DNA from: Blastocatellia bacterium
GTDB lineage: Bacteria > Acidobacteriota > Blastocatellia > HR10 > J050
DNA length: 64,000 nucleotides
Direction: 5' to 3'
NCBI GenBank assembly: GCA_025054955.1
Contig: JANWZE010000130.1
Span: forward strand, 9,261 to 73,260
Below, piece after piece: positions 1 through 8,820 of the stretch. The notes below the pieces were generated by a model that was not told the origin of the DNA, did not search any database, and worked only from the letters and a program-made list of their open reading frames with translations. The first letter of the stretch is position 1. Every line of letters begins with the position of its first letter. A program made the translations under genes and the position numbers.

Positions 1-863
1 GGCAAGCGCTGGAAAAAATCGTGCAGGAGCGGACGCAAGAGATTCACAAAGCGCAGGAACAACTGATTATGCAGGACAGACTCGCCTCGCTGGGCACGTT
101 GACCGCTGGCATCGCTCATGAGATCAAGAACCCGTTGAATTTCGTCACCAATTTTGCCACGCTATCACGCGACTTGCTGCAAGAACTGCGGGAAGGTCTG
201 GACAAGCTCAATGAACAAGCGGACGCCGAAACGACCGCCGATCTCCAAGAGGTTCTGTGCCTGCTGGAAGAAAACATCGCCAAGATCAACGAGCACGGCC
301 AACGCGCTGACAGCATCGTGAAGGGCATGCTCCTACACTCTCGCGGCGAGGCTGGCGAGCGGCAGCCGGCGGACATTAACGCCATCCTCGACGAATACGT
401 GGGCCTGGCTTATCACGGCATGCGCGGCACGGACTCGACGTTTAATATCAAAATCGAAAAGGAGTACGACCCTTCGATTGGGCAGGTTGAAGTGGTGCGG
501 CAGGATTTGAGCCGCGTCTTTCTCAACCTGGTCAACAATGCCTGCTATGCCACCCACGAGAAGAAAAAACAGGTGGGGAACAGTTACTCGCCGGTACTGT
601 CGGTGCGCACCAAAAACCTGGGAGACAGAATAGAGATTCGCATCCGCGACAACGGTCCCGGCATACCGCCGCACATTCGAAATAAAATTTTCCACCCTTT
701 CTTCACCACCAAACCGTCCGGGGAAGGCACCGGGTTGGGGTTGGCCATCAGTTATGACATCATCGTACAGGAGCATGGCGGTGAGATTCGCGTGGAGTCG
801 GAGGAAGGCAGTTTTACGGAGTTCATCATCCTTTTGCCCAAGGATGGGAAGCAGGGAGTGTAA
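1..863 (+). CDS. Sensor histidine kinase, C-terminal part (HisKA + HATPase_c). It is 5'-truncated by the window edge.
   Basis: Frame is open from nt 3 with no stop. H-box LASLGTLTAGIAHEIKNPLNF; N, G1 and G2 boxes (NLVNNACYA, DNGPGIP, GTGLGL). About 65 % identical to the C-terminus of the next kinase. Confidence 0.85.
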   Translation, partial: QALEKIVQERTQEIHKAQEQLIMQDRLASLGTLTAGIAHEIKNPLNFVTNFATLSRDLLQELREGLDKLNEQADAETTADLQEVLCLLEENIAKINEHGQRADSIVKGMLLHSRGEAGERQPADINAILDEYVGLAYHGMRGTDSTFNIKIEKEYDPSIGQVEVVRQDLSRVFLNLVNNACYATHEKKKQVGNSYSPVLSVRTKNLGDRIEIRIRDNGPGIPPHIRNKIFHPFFTTKPSGEGTGLGLAISYDIIVQEHGGEIRVESEEGSFTEFIILLPKDGKQGV

Positions 864-866
864 CCG

Positions 867-3800
867 ATGAAAAGAAACCTCATGTGGCTCATGCTCATCA
901 GCGCGTGCTTGATCAGTGGTCAGTGGTCAGTGGTCAGTGGTCAGAAACGACCGCTCTTGGACGACGGACGACGGACGACGGGCAACGGACAAGAGGCGCG
1001 CATCCAATTCGACCGCATTCCCAGCGAGATGGGGCTTTCACAAAATCTGATCACGTGCATTCTGCAAGACCGCCAAGGCTTCCTGTGGTTTGGCACCAAA
1101 GACGGATTGAATCGCTTTGATGGCTACAAATTCACTGTCTATCAGCACGACCCGTATGAACCGACGTCGCTCTCGGATAGTGCCATCAGCGCCTTGCATG
1201 AAGACCAAACTGGAAGGATGTGGGTTGGCACGCAGAACGGGCTGAATCTGTTCGACCGCAGCAAAGAAGTTTTTTATCGCCTCCTGCCCGATCCGAACAA
1301 TCCCAACAGCCTGAGCCATCCGAGCGTCGGCGCCATCGCCGAAGACCGGGAGGGAGCAATCTGGATCGGCACCTTGGGCGGCGGCCTCAACAAGTTGGTG
1401 CTGCGCCCCCCGGCTGGTGGAAAAGCATCGGCGGCATCGTCCGGCGCGAACCCGTTAGAGGGCGCACGGTTCACACGCTTCACACACGATCCGAACAATC
1501 CGAACAGCTTGGGCAGTGATTTTGTCGGACAAGTCGTTGAGGACGGCAGAGGCACGGTCTGGGCTACGACGATGAAAGGCACGTTACCCCCAGCACAGGG
1601 CGGTTATTTGGTGACCCGCTTCCGCGGCGACGGAAGCCATCCGGCGTGGAACGATTGGCTGGAACGCGACGAATACAGAAAGTTCATCTGCCGGGGACGA
1701 AATGGCCGGGTCTGGATCGGGGTGGGATCAGCCTTGATTGAGTGGGATGCCATCGCCGAGAAGTTCACTCACCACCAGATTGATTTCAGCGCGATATCGG
1801 GAACGTCCTGGAAGCCGGAGGACAACTTTTGGCAGGCCGTCCGAGGGATGATGGAAGACCGCGCCGGAACCATCTGGATCGGATCGACCTGGGGACTGGC
1901 GCGGTTTGATCCGGGCATGGATACGATTGCCGCTTTCCGTTACGAGCCGGGCAATCCGCACAGCATTGCTGAGAGCGGTATCTATTCAATTTGTGAAGAC
2001 AGCGGCGGCGTGCTATGGTTTGGCTCGAACGGCAATGGATTGTTCCGCTATGATCCCAAAGCTCAGCGCTTCACTCATCGCCATAGGGAGGGCGCAAAGC
2101 TCTCGCTCTGGCGCGGCACAAGCATCAGGTCATTGTGCCAGACGCGCGACGGTACGCTGTGGATTGGCACAGCAAACCTGCAACTACTGCGGATGAATCG
2201 CGTCACCGGTGAAGTGACACCGTTTCAGGTGGCTCAACCGAATGTCCCGCCCTTGGAATTGGTGTTCTCGATGTTACAAGACAGAACCGGCGCATTATGG
2301 ATTGGCAGTTCGGAGGGGTTATTCCAGGTGGATTGGCGCGATGGAAAGCCCGGACAGATTTCCCGGTTTAAGCCCGATCCAGATGTGCCCAGAGGTTCCG
2401 GTCGTGATGATGTTTATAAAGTTATTGAAGACAGGTCTGGTGAGATTTGGATTGCGACGGCTAACGCACTGAGCCGTCTTGACCGCGCCATAGGACATTT
2501 CGTTAGCTACCTCTACGACGCGAGGGATCCGGACACGATTCCCGGAGACCCCTATACGTTCATCCACCAGGATCGGAACGGCATCTTCTGGCTCGGCGCT
2601 GAGGACGGGCTGCTGCGCTTTGACCCGCCAACCGCTGGCTTCAAACGCTACCGCAACAACCCGAACAATCCCTCCAGCCTAAGCCACAACGTGGTGCGCG
2701 CAATTGCGGAAGACCCGCTGGAGCCGGATAAAATTCTCTGGGTCGGCACTGCCGGCGGCGGACTCAATCGCTTCGATAAGGAGACCGAAACGTTCACGCA
2801 CTTCACCGAAAAAGACGGGTTGCCCAATAACGTCGTCTATGCGATTCTGAGCGACGGAGAGGGCAATCTCTGGATGAGCACTAACCAGGGGCTAGCCAGA
2901 TTCAATCCGCGCACGCGCCGGTTCAAAAACTTCGACATCAAAGACGGCTTGCAAGACAACGAATTCAACTCCTGCGCCTCTTTCAAAAGCGCTAGTGGCG
3001 AGTTGTTCTTCGGCGGCATCAGCGGCTTCAATGCGTTCTATCCCGAGGATGTCAGAGACAACCCGCACGCGCCACCGGTGGTCATCACGGATTTTCAAAT
3101 CTTCAACCAATCCGTCTCGTTCAAGGATCCCGATTCGCCACTGAAGAAACCGATCACCGAAACCGGCGAGATCACGCTGTCTTATGAGCATAAAGTTTTT
3201 TCCTTTGAGTTCGCCGCGTTGGATTTCACGGAGCCGTCCAAGAATCAGTACGCGTACAAGATGGACGGCTTTGATAAAGACTGGCAGCCGGCGGGAACGA
3301 ACCGCACGGCGACGTATACCAATCTCGATCCCGGCGAATATGTATTCCGGGTCAAAGCCTCGAACAACGATGGCGTTTGGAATGACGAAGGCGTGGCGAT
3401 CAACGTTACGATTACGCCGCCGTGGTGGCGGACAGGTTGGGCGTATATGATCTATGCGCTGCTGTTGATTGTCGGTGGCGCGGCTGTAGATCGAATCCAG
3501 CGGCGACGCGTGATTAAGCGAGAGCGGGACCGAGCGCAACGGCGCGAAGCCGAGTTGATCCGCCAGCAGGCCGCGGAACTGGAGACGATTGACCGGATTG
3601 TCAAAGTGATCAACCGGACTGTGGATTTGGAGAGTCTCTTTCAGGCGTTACTGGAGCAGGGACTGAAGCTGGTGCCCCACGCCGAGCGTGCGACGGTGCT
3701 CATTTTCGACCACCAAGGGAAATGCTTCAAATTCGCCGCCACCGTCGGCTATGATCTCGAACAGCTCAAAGATATTTCTTTTACGCCGGAGGAAATGGTC

Positions 3801-4928
3801 GGCCGCTATACCACCGAATCAGAAGAAGTGGAACCGGGGGTGTACATCTTGCAGCATGTGAAAGACCTCGCGGGGGAGGAGAAAATAAGCGCCCAGCCGA
3901 GGGCGGCCGCGATGTTGATTATGGCGGTGGAGTGGGGCGGCACGCTGGAGGGCTATTTGGTGTTCGACAACTTGACGGATCTGGAGGCCTTCGACCGGTC
4001 GGACGCCCGACGGTTAAACCGCTTGCGGGAGCATGCGATTTCGGCCATTGCCAAAGCCAACACGTTGAAAACGCTGGAGGAGAAAAACCGGGAAATTGTC
4101 AAAACGCAAGCACAGTTGATTGTTCAGGAAAAACTGGCGTCGCTCGGCCAGCTCACCGCCGGCATCGCCCACGAGATCAAGAACCCGCTGAACTTCATCA
4201 ACAACTTTGCTGCGCTGTCGGTGGAGATGGTGGATGAACTGCGGGAAGAACTGGACGCACACAAGGATAAGAAGGTCGCCGACATCGCTGGTGAGATTGA
4301 AGAGATCCTGAAGACCCTGCACCAGAACGCGGCGAAGATCACCGAGCATGGCCAGCGCGCCGACAGCATCGTGTACAGCATGTTGCAGCACTCGCGCGGC
4401 AAATCCGGCCAGCGCGAGATGACTGACATCAATCATCTGTTGGACGAAGCCGTGAACCTGACCTACCACGGCCTGCGCGCCCGCGATGCGTCCTTCGATA
4501 TCACGATCGAAAAGACCTATGACGATTCCGTTGGCAAAATCGAAGTGGCGCCTCAAGACATCAGCCGCGCCTTTCTCAATATCCTCAACAACGCCTGCTA
4601 TGCGGCGCAGGAGAAAAGCAAGCAGATGGGCGACAGCTTCTCCCCCAGGCTGTGGGTGCGTACCGAGCATCACGGCGAGGAGATAGAGATTCGCATTCGG
4701 GACAACGGCAATGGGATTCCACCGGCGATCAGGGATAAAATCTTCAATCCCTTCTTCACCACCAAGCCCGCCGGTCAGGGAACTGGCCTGGGCTTGTCCA
4801 TCAGCCACGAACTGGTCGTTCAGGTCCATCAGGGAGAGATCATGGTGGAAACGCAGGAAGGAGAGTTTACGGAGTTCATTATCATCTTGCCGAAAAATGT
4901 GAACGAGGATAAGGGAGACCAATCATGA
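867..4928 (+). CDS. Large sensor histidine kinase. Architecture: signal peptide, periplasmic two-component-regulator propeller repeats (Reg_prop/Y_Y_Y type), TM segment, GAF-like domain, HisKA and HATPase_c.
   Basis: 1353-aa ORF. N-terminal hydrophobic leader. Many WxGTxxGL repeats. TM segment WAYMIYALLLIVGGAAV. H-box at aa about 1095. C-terminal ATPase motifs. Starts 4 nt after the previous stop, with a GGAG upstream. Confidence 0.85.
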   Translation: MKRNLMWLMLISACLISGQWSVVSGQKRPLLDDGRRTTGNGQEARIQFDRIPSEMGLSQNLITCILQDRQGFLWFGTKDGLNRFDGYKFTVYQHDPYEPTSLSDSAISALHEDQTGRMWVGTQNGLNLFDRSKEVFYRLLPDPNNPNSLSHPSVGAIAEDREGAIWIGTLGGGLNKLVLRPPAGGKASAASSGANPLEGARFTRFTHDPNNPNSLGSDFVGQVVEDGRGTVWATTMKGTLPPAQGGYLVTRFRGDGSHPAWNDWLERDEYRKFICRGRNGRVWIGVGSALIEWDAIAEKFTHHQIDFSAISGTSWKPEDNFWQAVRGMMEDRAGTIWIGSTWGLARFDPGMDTIAAFRYEPGNPHSIAESGIYSICEDSGGVLWFGSNGNGLFRYDPKAQRFTHRHREGAKLSLWRGTSIRSLCQTRDGTLWIGTANLQLLRMNRVTGEVTPFQVAQPNVPPLELVFSMLQDRTGALWIGSSEGLFQVDWRDGKPGQISRFKPDPDVPRGSGRDDVYKVIEDRSGEIWIATANALSRLDRAIGHFVSYLYDARDPDTIPGDPYTFIHQDRNGIFWLGAEDGLLRFDPPTAGFKRYRNNPNNPSSLSHNVVRAIAEDPLEPDKILWVGTAGGGLNRFDKETETFTHFTEKDGLPNNVVYAILSDGEGNLWMSTNQGLARFNPRTRRFKNFDIKDGLQDNEFNSCASFKSASGELFFGGISGFNAFYPEDVRDNPHAPPVVITDFQIFNQSVSFKDPDSPLKKPITETGEITLSYEHKVFSFEFAALDFTEPSKNQYAYKMDGFDKDWQPAGTNRTATYTNLDPGEYVFRVKASNNDGVWNDEGVAINVTITPPWWRTGWAYMIYALLLIVGGAAVDRIQRRRVIKRERDRAQRREAELIRQQAAELETIDRIVKVINRTVDLESLFQALLEQGLKLVPHAERATVLIFDHQGKCFKFAATVGYDLEQLKDISFTPEEMVGRYTTESEEVEPGVYILQHVKDLAGEEKISAQPRAAAMLIMAVEWGGTLEGYLVFDNLTDLEAFDRSDARRLNRLREHAISAIAKANTLKTLEEKNREIVKTQAQLIVQEKLASLGQLTAGIAHEIKNPLNFINNFAALSVEMVDELREELDAHKDKKVADIAGEIEEILKTLHQNAAKITEHGQRADSIVYSMLQHSRGKSGQREMTDINHLLDEAVNLTYHGLRARDASFDITIEKTYDDSVGKIEVAPQDISRAFLNILNNACYAAQEKSKQMGDSFSPRLWVRTEHHGEEIEIRIRDNGNGIPPAIRDKIFNPFFTTKPAGQGTGLGLSISHELVVQVHQGEIMVETQEGEFTEFIIILPKNVNEDKGDQS
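914..944 (+). repeat. Heptanucleotide tandem repeat (CAGTGGT)x4 + CAG, inside the kinase signal-peptide coding region.
   Basis: Read directly: gat cagtggt cagtggt cagtggt cagtggt cag. Encodes SGQWSVVSGQ. Confidence 0.9.
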
Positions 4929-5308
4929 CAATCCTGGTGGTAGACGACGAGCCGGATGTTCAGCCTCTGTTTGAGCAAAAGTTTAGGAAAGAGCGAAAAG
5001 CGGGAGTGCTTGACTTTCACTTTGCCTTTTCTGGAGAAGCGGCGCTGGACTACGTGCAGGATCAGGGCGGCGTGGATCTGGTGCTGATTCTCGCCGACAT
5101 TAATATGCCGGGGATGAGCGGACTGGAGCTGCTAAAGCGAATCAAAGCACGATTCGCTCACTTAACGATCTATATGATCACCGCCTATGGGGATGAGAAC
5201 AATTACCAGCAGGCGATGGCGTATGGTGCGGACGACTACATTACCAAACCCATTGACTTTGATGAGCTGAAGAACAAAATCGCAAACTTATATGGAAAGG
5301 CTCAGTAA
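4925..5308 (+). CDS. Single-domain response regulator (CheY-like receiver).
   Basis: ILVVDDEPD...LILADINMPGMSGLELL...KPIDF; 127 aa. Overlaps the kinase stop by 4 nt. Confidence 0.85.
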   Translation: MTILVVDDEPDVQPLFEQKFRKERKAGVLDFHFAFSGEAALDYVQDQGGVDLVLILADINMPGMSGLELLKRIKARFAHLTIYMITAYGDENNYQQAMAYGADDYITKPIDFDELKNKIANLYGKAQ

Positions 5309-5318
5309 GGAGAGAGAT

Positions 5319-6506
5319 ATGTCAGTCAAAATTTTGGTGGTGGATGATGAGCCCGATTTGGAGGCGTTGATCCGCCAGCGATTTAGAAAAAAGATCCAAA
5401 CCCAGGAATTCCAGTTTATTTTTGCTTACAATGGCGTCGAGGCGCTGGAAAAGCTGCGGGAACATTCCGGGATCGACATCGTGTTGACGGATATCAATAT
5501 GCCCGAAATGGATGGCCTCACCCTGCTTGAGAAACTCTCGGAACTCGATGTCTTGCTCAAAGCCGTTATCGTATCCGCTTATGGCGATATGGAAAATATC
5601 CGGACGGCGATGAACCGCGGGGCGTTTGACTTTCTCACCAAGCCGATTGATTTTCAGGATTTGGACATCACGATTGACAAAACGCTGCACGAATTAGCGG
5701 TGCTGAAGCAGGCGGTGCAAGCGCGCGACCAACTGCTGACCCTCCAGAAAGAATTGAGCGTGGCCACGAGCATCCAGCAATCCATTCTCCCCCGGACGTT
5801 CCCGCCCTTTCCTCATCGGCAAGAAGTGGAAATCTACGCTCAGATGGTCCCGGCCAGACAGGTGGGTGGTGATTTCTATGATTTCTTCCTCATTGATGAG
5901 GAGAGAATCGGATTTGTCATCGCTGACGTTTCAGGCAAGGGTGTGCCAGCGGCCATCTTCATGGCGATGAGTCGCGCGTTACTGAAGGCGACGGCGTTAA
6001 CGGGCGTGCCAGCAGGTGAGTGTTTGCGCCACGTCAATCGTCTGCTTTGTCGCGAAAGTGATTCAGGGCTGTTCGTCACGCTGTTTTATGGGATTCTCCG
6101 AACTCCTACCGGAGAAGTGGAGTATAGTATTGCCGGCCACTCTCCTCCCTATCTCTTAGGGGTCCGCATCGCCCCCGTGGAATATAAAGGCGGCATGGTA
6201 TTGGGTGTGATTGAGGACAATGAGTATCAGGTCGGGCGAATCGTTCTCCAGCCCGGTGACGGGCTTTTTCTCTACACCGATGGAGTGACCGAGGCCAGGG
6301 ATGCTGACCAAAATTTTTTCTCCGAGCACCGCTTGACCGAGTTCCTGCAACGGATCAGTGACTCTTCCTTGCCAGAGATGATCCAGGGCGTTGTTGGTGA
6401 GGTGAAGAATTTTTCTGCCGGCGCACCTCAAACAGACGATATTACCATCCTGGCTATAAGGTACTGGGGTTCCGTCGGGCACCGGGATGGCAGCAATCAT
6501 TCTTGA
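5319..6506 (+). CDS. Response regulator receiver fused to a PP2C-type (SpoIIE/RsbU-like) serine phosphatase.
   Basis: REC motifs (VDDEPD, DINMPEMDG, KPIDF). C-terminal GDFYDF...DVSGKGVPAA...YTDGVTEA typical of SpoIIE/PP2C. ATG at 5319 is preceded by AAGGAGAG. The ORF track starts at 5292. Confidence 0.8.
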   Translation: MSVKILVVDDEPDLEALIRQRFRKKIQTQEFQFIFAYNGVEALEKLREHSGIDIVLTDINMPEMDGLTLLEKLSELDVLLKAVIVSAYGDMENIRTAMNRGAFDFLTKPIDFQDLDITIDKTLHELAVLKQAVQARDQLLTLQKELSVATSIQQSILPRTFPPFPHRQEVEIYAQMVPARQVGGDFYDFFLIDEERIGFVIADVSGKGVPAAIFMAMSRALLKATALTGVPAGECLRHVNRLLCRESDSGLFVTLFYGILRTPTGEVEYSIAGHSPPYLLGVRIAPVEYKGGMVLGVIEDNEYQVGRIVLQPGDGLFLYTDGVTEARDADQNFFSEHRLTEFLQRISDSSLPEMIQGVVGEVKNFSAGAPQTDDITILAIRYWGSVGHRDGSNHS

Positions 6507-6689
6507 TTAAGCCTTCCGGCCGGCTCTTGGGGAAATAAGACGCGGTCATAAAATTCTGCCAGCCTCAATGTGCGTTTATGATTTGATCGAGAGACGTTGT
6601 CTTATACTGTTTTACGTGACTTTTTGCACAAGATAGGGGGAGTAAAATAAAGGGCGGAGGGGAAGAAGAATGAGACGGATGAAATAGAG

Positions 6690-6880
6690 TCAGGAAGCGA
6701 ACGTCCGGGAGCTGGAAGAGTGTCTCAAGCAGGAGAAAGACAAACGGGTCCACGAGCATCTGTTAGCCATCAAGTTGTTGTGGGAGGAGAAAACTGTATA
6801 GGAGATGGCAAACATAGTAAGAATTCAGGATGAATCCATGATCCTCTTGAAAGCCCTGATGACCTTCTCACACGGCTGGT
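6690..6880 (+). pseudogene. Decayed transposase-like fragment (HTH-like ...ELEECLKQEKDKRVHEHLLAIKLLWEEKTV* followed by further stop-interrupted fragments), inside an AT-rich island.
   Basis: Local GC is clearly lower than its surroundings. Short stop-interrupted ORF pieces only. The family resemblance is weak (IS630-like N-terminal HTH pattern). Confidence 0.3.
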
Positions 6881-7019
6881 TGTCCTTTCCTCCCCCCGCC
6901 ACGGGTCCTCATCAGGCACTCGCCTCGTTTTTCAGCATCTCTGACTCGCTCAACCACTAGCCTTGAGAAATCCGGGCTAGAGTTTATCCAAGCGCAAAAT
7001 CTCTGAATCCTCAGAAAAA

Positions 7020-7054
7020 GTGGCGCAGGCGTTCCCGCCTGTCGCGTTTTTCAT
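7020..7054 (-). repeat. Copy A of a conserved hairpin element (ATGAAAAxxxxACAGGCGGGAACGCCTGxGCCAC) followed by a T-run.
   Basis: The reverse complement matches the 36482-36528 and 51325-51371 copies. Perfect stem CAGGCG/CGCCTG with a GGAA loop. TTTTTCT follows on the minus strand. Confidence 0.7.
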
Positions 7055-7268
7055 CGTGTCTGGGCGTCGTCCCGGACGACATGAACAACTCCTCTGGAAA
7101 TAAAAGCAGGCGCAGATTAACTGAAGAACAGATTCTTCAATCAGTCAATCAGTCAATCTGTGCTTATTTCCCATTGTTCGTGGCGTGCTGTTGCGCATGG
7201 GCGATTCCCTCTGACCTGATTTCCCGCCCGTTCCAATTCTACGGGGAAATGCCGTGGCCCTGAGCCTA

Positions 7269-7297
7269 TTTGACACCTCTTGAGGTTGGAGTTATTC
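7269..7297 (+). promoter_or_regulatory. Sigma70-like promoter candidate upstream of the adaptor gene (TTGACA, 17 nt, TATTCT).
   Basis: TTGACAcctcttgaggttggagtTATTCT, about 80 nt upstream of the ATG at 7378. Confidence 0.35.
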
Positions 7298-7377
7298 TAC
7301 TGACTTGCTGAAACAAAAGAATTTCTCATAGCGTATCATCGCAGTGATTGAATCCAAAGTGTGACAATTGGTGAAAT

Positions 7378-8805
7378 ATGGCAGTAACACGTAAAAGAAA
7401 ATTCATCATTTTTGGCGTCCTGGTCGTCATCTTAGCTGCCGTAGTGGCCTTCAGCGTGACCCGTAACCGGCAAGATGTCCCGACGGTCCAAGTGGAGCCA
7501 GTCAAGCAGCGTCCGTTGCTGGAAGCCAAGGTCACGGCGAATGGCGAGATTCGCCCGCTCAACTTCTACCAGCTCACATCCGAGGTAGCCGGACGCGTGC
7601 TGGAGATTTACGTCCGCGAAGGTGACGTCGTCAAAAAAGGCCAGCCGTTGCTGAAAATTGATTCAACGCAACTGGAAGCGAGCTTTGAAGGTGACAAAGC
7701 CACCTTGCGCGTCGCTCAATCAGATAAAGAAAACGCCGAGGTACAATTGATCGCGGCGCGTAACAATGTCTCCAGCGTTGAAGCATCGTTGGCAGCCGCC
7801 CGGTACGATTTGGAACGAGCTAAATCCGACGCCGCCCTTGCCAAGGAAGAGTTCGAGCGAGCGCAAAGATTGGTCGAACAGGAAATCTTCTCCAAAGCGC
7901 AATTTGATGCAGCGAAATTCCGTTATGAAGCGGCTCAAGCAGTGGTCCGCGCGCAACAATCCAGAATTGATCAACTGGAGGCGCAATTGCGTGACGCCAA
8001 AATCCGTATTGACGTGGCCAAGACGGCAATCAGTTCAGCCGAAGCCCGCATTGCTCAAGCTCGCGCGCGATTGCAAGGGGCAGCCGATCAATTCGCCAAA
8101 ACCGAACAACGCGCTCCTATTGATGGCGTGATCGCCAGCTTGCCGATCAAAGTTGGACAATACGCGCTGACAACGTTTAATACCACGCCGCTGCTGACGA
8201 TTGCGGATATGTCTCAGATCAACGTCGAAGTCCAAGTGGACGAAACCGACGTCACGAGCGTGCGACCGAACCAACCGGCCAAAATTAAAGTGGACGCGCT
8301 CGGCGACACCCAACTGGATGGGATCGTTAAAGAGGTCGGCCAAGCCCCAACCAGTCAAAGCGGCAGTATGGAAGCATTGGCCAGAACATCGCAGGAAGCG
8401 AAGGATTTCAAAGTCGTCATCAGCTTGACCAATTTGACGGAGGATGTGCGCAGCCGCCTCAAACCCGGCATGTCTGCCACAGCCACCATCACCACCGATT
8501 CGCGGCAAAACGTGATTGCCATCCCGCTGCAAGCGATTGTGCAACGCGAGCGACCGGACGCAGCCACCTCCGATCAAACAGGCACTAAACAAGAAGTGCA
8601 AGGCGTCTTCGTCGTGGAAAACAACAAAGTGCGCTTCCGCCCTGTCATCACCGGCATCATCGGAGAAACCGATATTGAAATCATCGAAGGATTAAAGGTC
8701 GGTGAAGAGATTGTGGTCGGGCCATACCGCGAACTGCGCAACCTCAAAGATGGCGCCGTGGTGAAGAAAGAAAAGAGCACGACCTCCGGCCCAACCAAAT
8801 CTTAA
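7378..8805 (+). CDS. HlyD/MacA-family periplasmic adaptor (membrane-fusion protein) of an ABC-type efflux system.
   Basis: N-terminal TM anchor. Long coiled-coil (QLEAQLRDAKIRIDVAK...). Beta-barrel and lipoyl-like segments (APIDGVIASLPIKVGQY). 475 aa. Confidence 0.8.
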   Translation: MAVTRKRKFIIFGVLVVILAAVVAFSVTRNRQDVPTVQVEPVKQRPLLEAKVTANGEIRPLNFYQLTSEVAGRVLEIYVREGDVVKKGQPLLKIDSTQLEASFEGDKATLRVAQSDKENAEVQLIAARNNVSSVEASLAAARYDLERAKSDAALAKEEFERAQRLVEQEIFSKAQFDAAKFRYEAAQAVVRAQQSRIDQLEAQLRDAKIRIDVAKTAISSAEARIAQARARLQGAADQFAKTEQRAPIDGVIASLPIKVGQYALTTFNTTPLLTIADMSQINVEVQVDETDVTSVRPNQPAKIKVDALGDTQLDGIVKEVGQAPTSQSGSMEALARTSQEAKDFKVVISLTNLTEDVRSRLKPGMSATATITTDSRQNVIAIPLQAIVQRERPDAATSDQTGTKQEVQGVFVVENNKVRFRPVITGIIGETDIEIIEGLKVGEEIVVGPYRELRNLKDGAVVKKEKSTTSGPTKS

Positions 8806-8820
8806 TCACGGGGAAATATC

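Noticed and set aside
884-1120. 78-aa alternative-frame ORF overlapping the kinase N-terminus.
   Set aside because: It is an out-of-frame overlap with a confidently called gene, and is relevant only as the frame entered after a heptamer-unit slip.
4014-4922. 302-aa ORF on the minus strand, antisense to the sensor kinase.
   Set aside because: It lies entirely within a well-supported + strand gene. The sequence is low-complexity and arginine-rich, as is typical of antisense frames in high-GC DNA. No RBS or domain.
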